Shown here piece after piece: positions 17,118-18,117 of a stretch of 18,117 nt of DNA; the stretch's first letter is position 1, and each line of letters begins with the position of its first letter. The notes under the pieces are model-generated. The model saw nothing but the letters and a program-made list of their open reading frames with translations. It was not told the origin of the DNA and ran no database searches. This DNA is from Polyangiaceae bacterium (GTDB lineage: Bacteria > Myxococcota_A > Polyangia > Polyangiales > Polyangiaceae). The position numbers and the translations under genes were made by a program. The DNA is taken from assembly GCA_044222475.1 (NCBI GenBank), contig JBGANF010000151.1, positions 1-18,117 of the forward strand, written 5' to 3'.

Positions 17118-18010
17118 ATGTTCGACTTCCTGAAAGGCCCCCGGCGAAAGACGCTCCGCGAGACGCCGCTGAGCACGGAACAGTGGAAAATCGTGCTCGA
17201 TCGGGTCCCCCTCGCGCGAAAGCTCGATGAGGCCGGCCGCGCGCGGCTCGGCGGGCTCATGCAGATCTTCCTCGACGAGAAGAACTTCGAGGGCGGCGCC
17301 GGCTTCGTCGTGACCGACGAGATGAAGCTCGTCATCGCCGCCGAGGCGTGCCTGCTCCTCGTCCACCGCGACCCGGCCGCGCGCGGCTCGGCGGGCTCAT
17401 GCAGATCTTCCTCGACGAGAAGAACTTCGAGGGCGGCGCCGGCTTCGTCGTGACCGACGAGATGAAGCTCGTCATCGCCGCCGAGGCGTGCCTGCTCCTC
17501 GTCCACCGCGACACCGAGGTCCCCTACCCCGACCTCGCGAGCATCGTCGTGTACGCGACGGCGTGGAAGACCAAGCGGCGCGAGCACGCGGGCGGACGAG
17601 CGGTCATCGAGAAAGAAGGCATCAACCTCGGCGAGTCGTGGTCGAAGGATCTCGTCGTCCTCGCGTGGGATCGCGTCCGAGCCGACGCGCAGAACGCGAA
17701 GGACGGTCACAACGTCGTCCTCCACGAGTTCGCCCACCAGCTCGACGCCGAAGACGGCGACGTCGACGGCGCACCGGAGCTGCCCGATCGGAAGCGCTAC
17801 GCGCGCTGGGCGAACGTCTTCCAACCCGAGTTCGAGGCGCTCGTCGAAGGCCACCGCAGCGACATCGATCGCTACGGCGCGACGAACCCGGCGGAGTTCT
17901 TCGCCGTCGTCACCGAGGAGTTCTACGAGCAGCCGCACTCGCTGGCGGAGAACCACCCTGCGCTGTTCGCGGAGCTGGTGAAATTCTACGGCTTCGACCC
18001 TCGGGCCTGA
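17118..18010 (+). pseudogene. MtfA-like zinc-dependent peptidase (M90 family), frameshifted as assembled by a 140-bp tandem duplication
   Basis: MFDFLKGPRRK..W..FLDEKNFEG..IAAEACL, then GESW, DGHNVVLHEFAHQLD and YGATNPAEFFAV.TE.F.EQP in another frame. Removing one 140-bp copy gives 753 nt, an intact 250-aa ORF. Confidence 0.85.
17233..17512. repeat. Exact 140-bp direct tandem duplication
   Basis: 17233-17372 is identical to 17373-17512 (CCGGCCGCGCGCGGCTCG...GTCCACCGCGAC). Confidence 0.97.
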
Positions 18011-18013
18011 GGT

Positions 18014-18117
18014 TCACCCGAGAAGCGGCAGCTTCGCGACCAGCTCGGTCCGCGACGACACCCCGAGCTTGCGGAACAAGCTCTGCACCTGGTTGCACAC
18101 GGTTCGCACCGCGCAGC
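18014..18117 (-). CDS. C-terminal end of a LuxR-type helix-turn-helix transcriptional regulator (partial)
   Basis: Manual minus-strand translation ...CAVRTVCNQVQSLFRKLGVSSRTELVAKLPLLG* matches the LuxR 'RTV..Q...I.RKLGV.SR.EL' tail. Stop at 18014-18016. Confidence 0.85.
   Translation of the reverse strand, partial: CAVRTVCNQVQSLFRKLGVSSRTELVAKLPLLG

Noticed and set aside
17348..18010. 220-aa ORF as an independent complete gene or programmed frameshift product
   Set aside because: Its N-terminus (MPAPRPPRP) is created by the 140-bp duplication junction. The natural start is at 17118, and no slippery site is needed to explain the frame change.

Overview
High-GC, gene-dense bacterial chromosomal segment. 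The gene style (many secreted Cys-lipoproteins, a J-domain/TPR protein with Pro/Ser/Arg linkers, a short LuxR tail) suggests a myxobacterium of the Polyangiaceae/Labilithrix type; this is inference. About 20 genes are supported: a partial AlkA-type DNA glycosylase, an NRDE/TANGO2 protein, an alpha/beta hydrolase, three lipoproteins (one DUF2278/YukJ-like, one RskA-C-terminal-like), a coupled hypothetical-msrA-homocysteine S-methyltransferase operon, a flavin-dependent halogenase-like oxidoreductase coupled to a J-domain/TPR gene, type II NADH dehydrogenase, a beta-barrel/glycerophosphodiesterase/beta-barrel trio, convergent zwf and gnd, an MtfA-type peptidase frameshifted by an exact 140-bp tandem duplication, and the 3' end of a LuxR-type regulator. 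The most unusual stretch is the ~760-bp non-coding region 11105-11863. It is a mosaic of seven full or partial copies of a ~56-bp repeat in both orientations, including two ~120-bp inverted arms whose internal hairpins differ in sequence but keep their pairing. No transposase, CRISPR array, tRNA or rRNA was recognised. All family calls come from motif recognition by eye, not from database searches.
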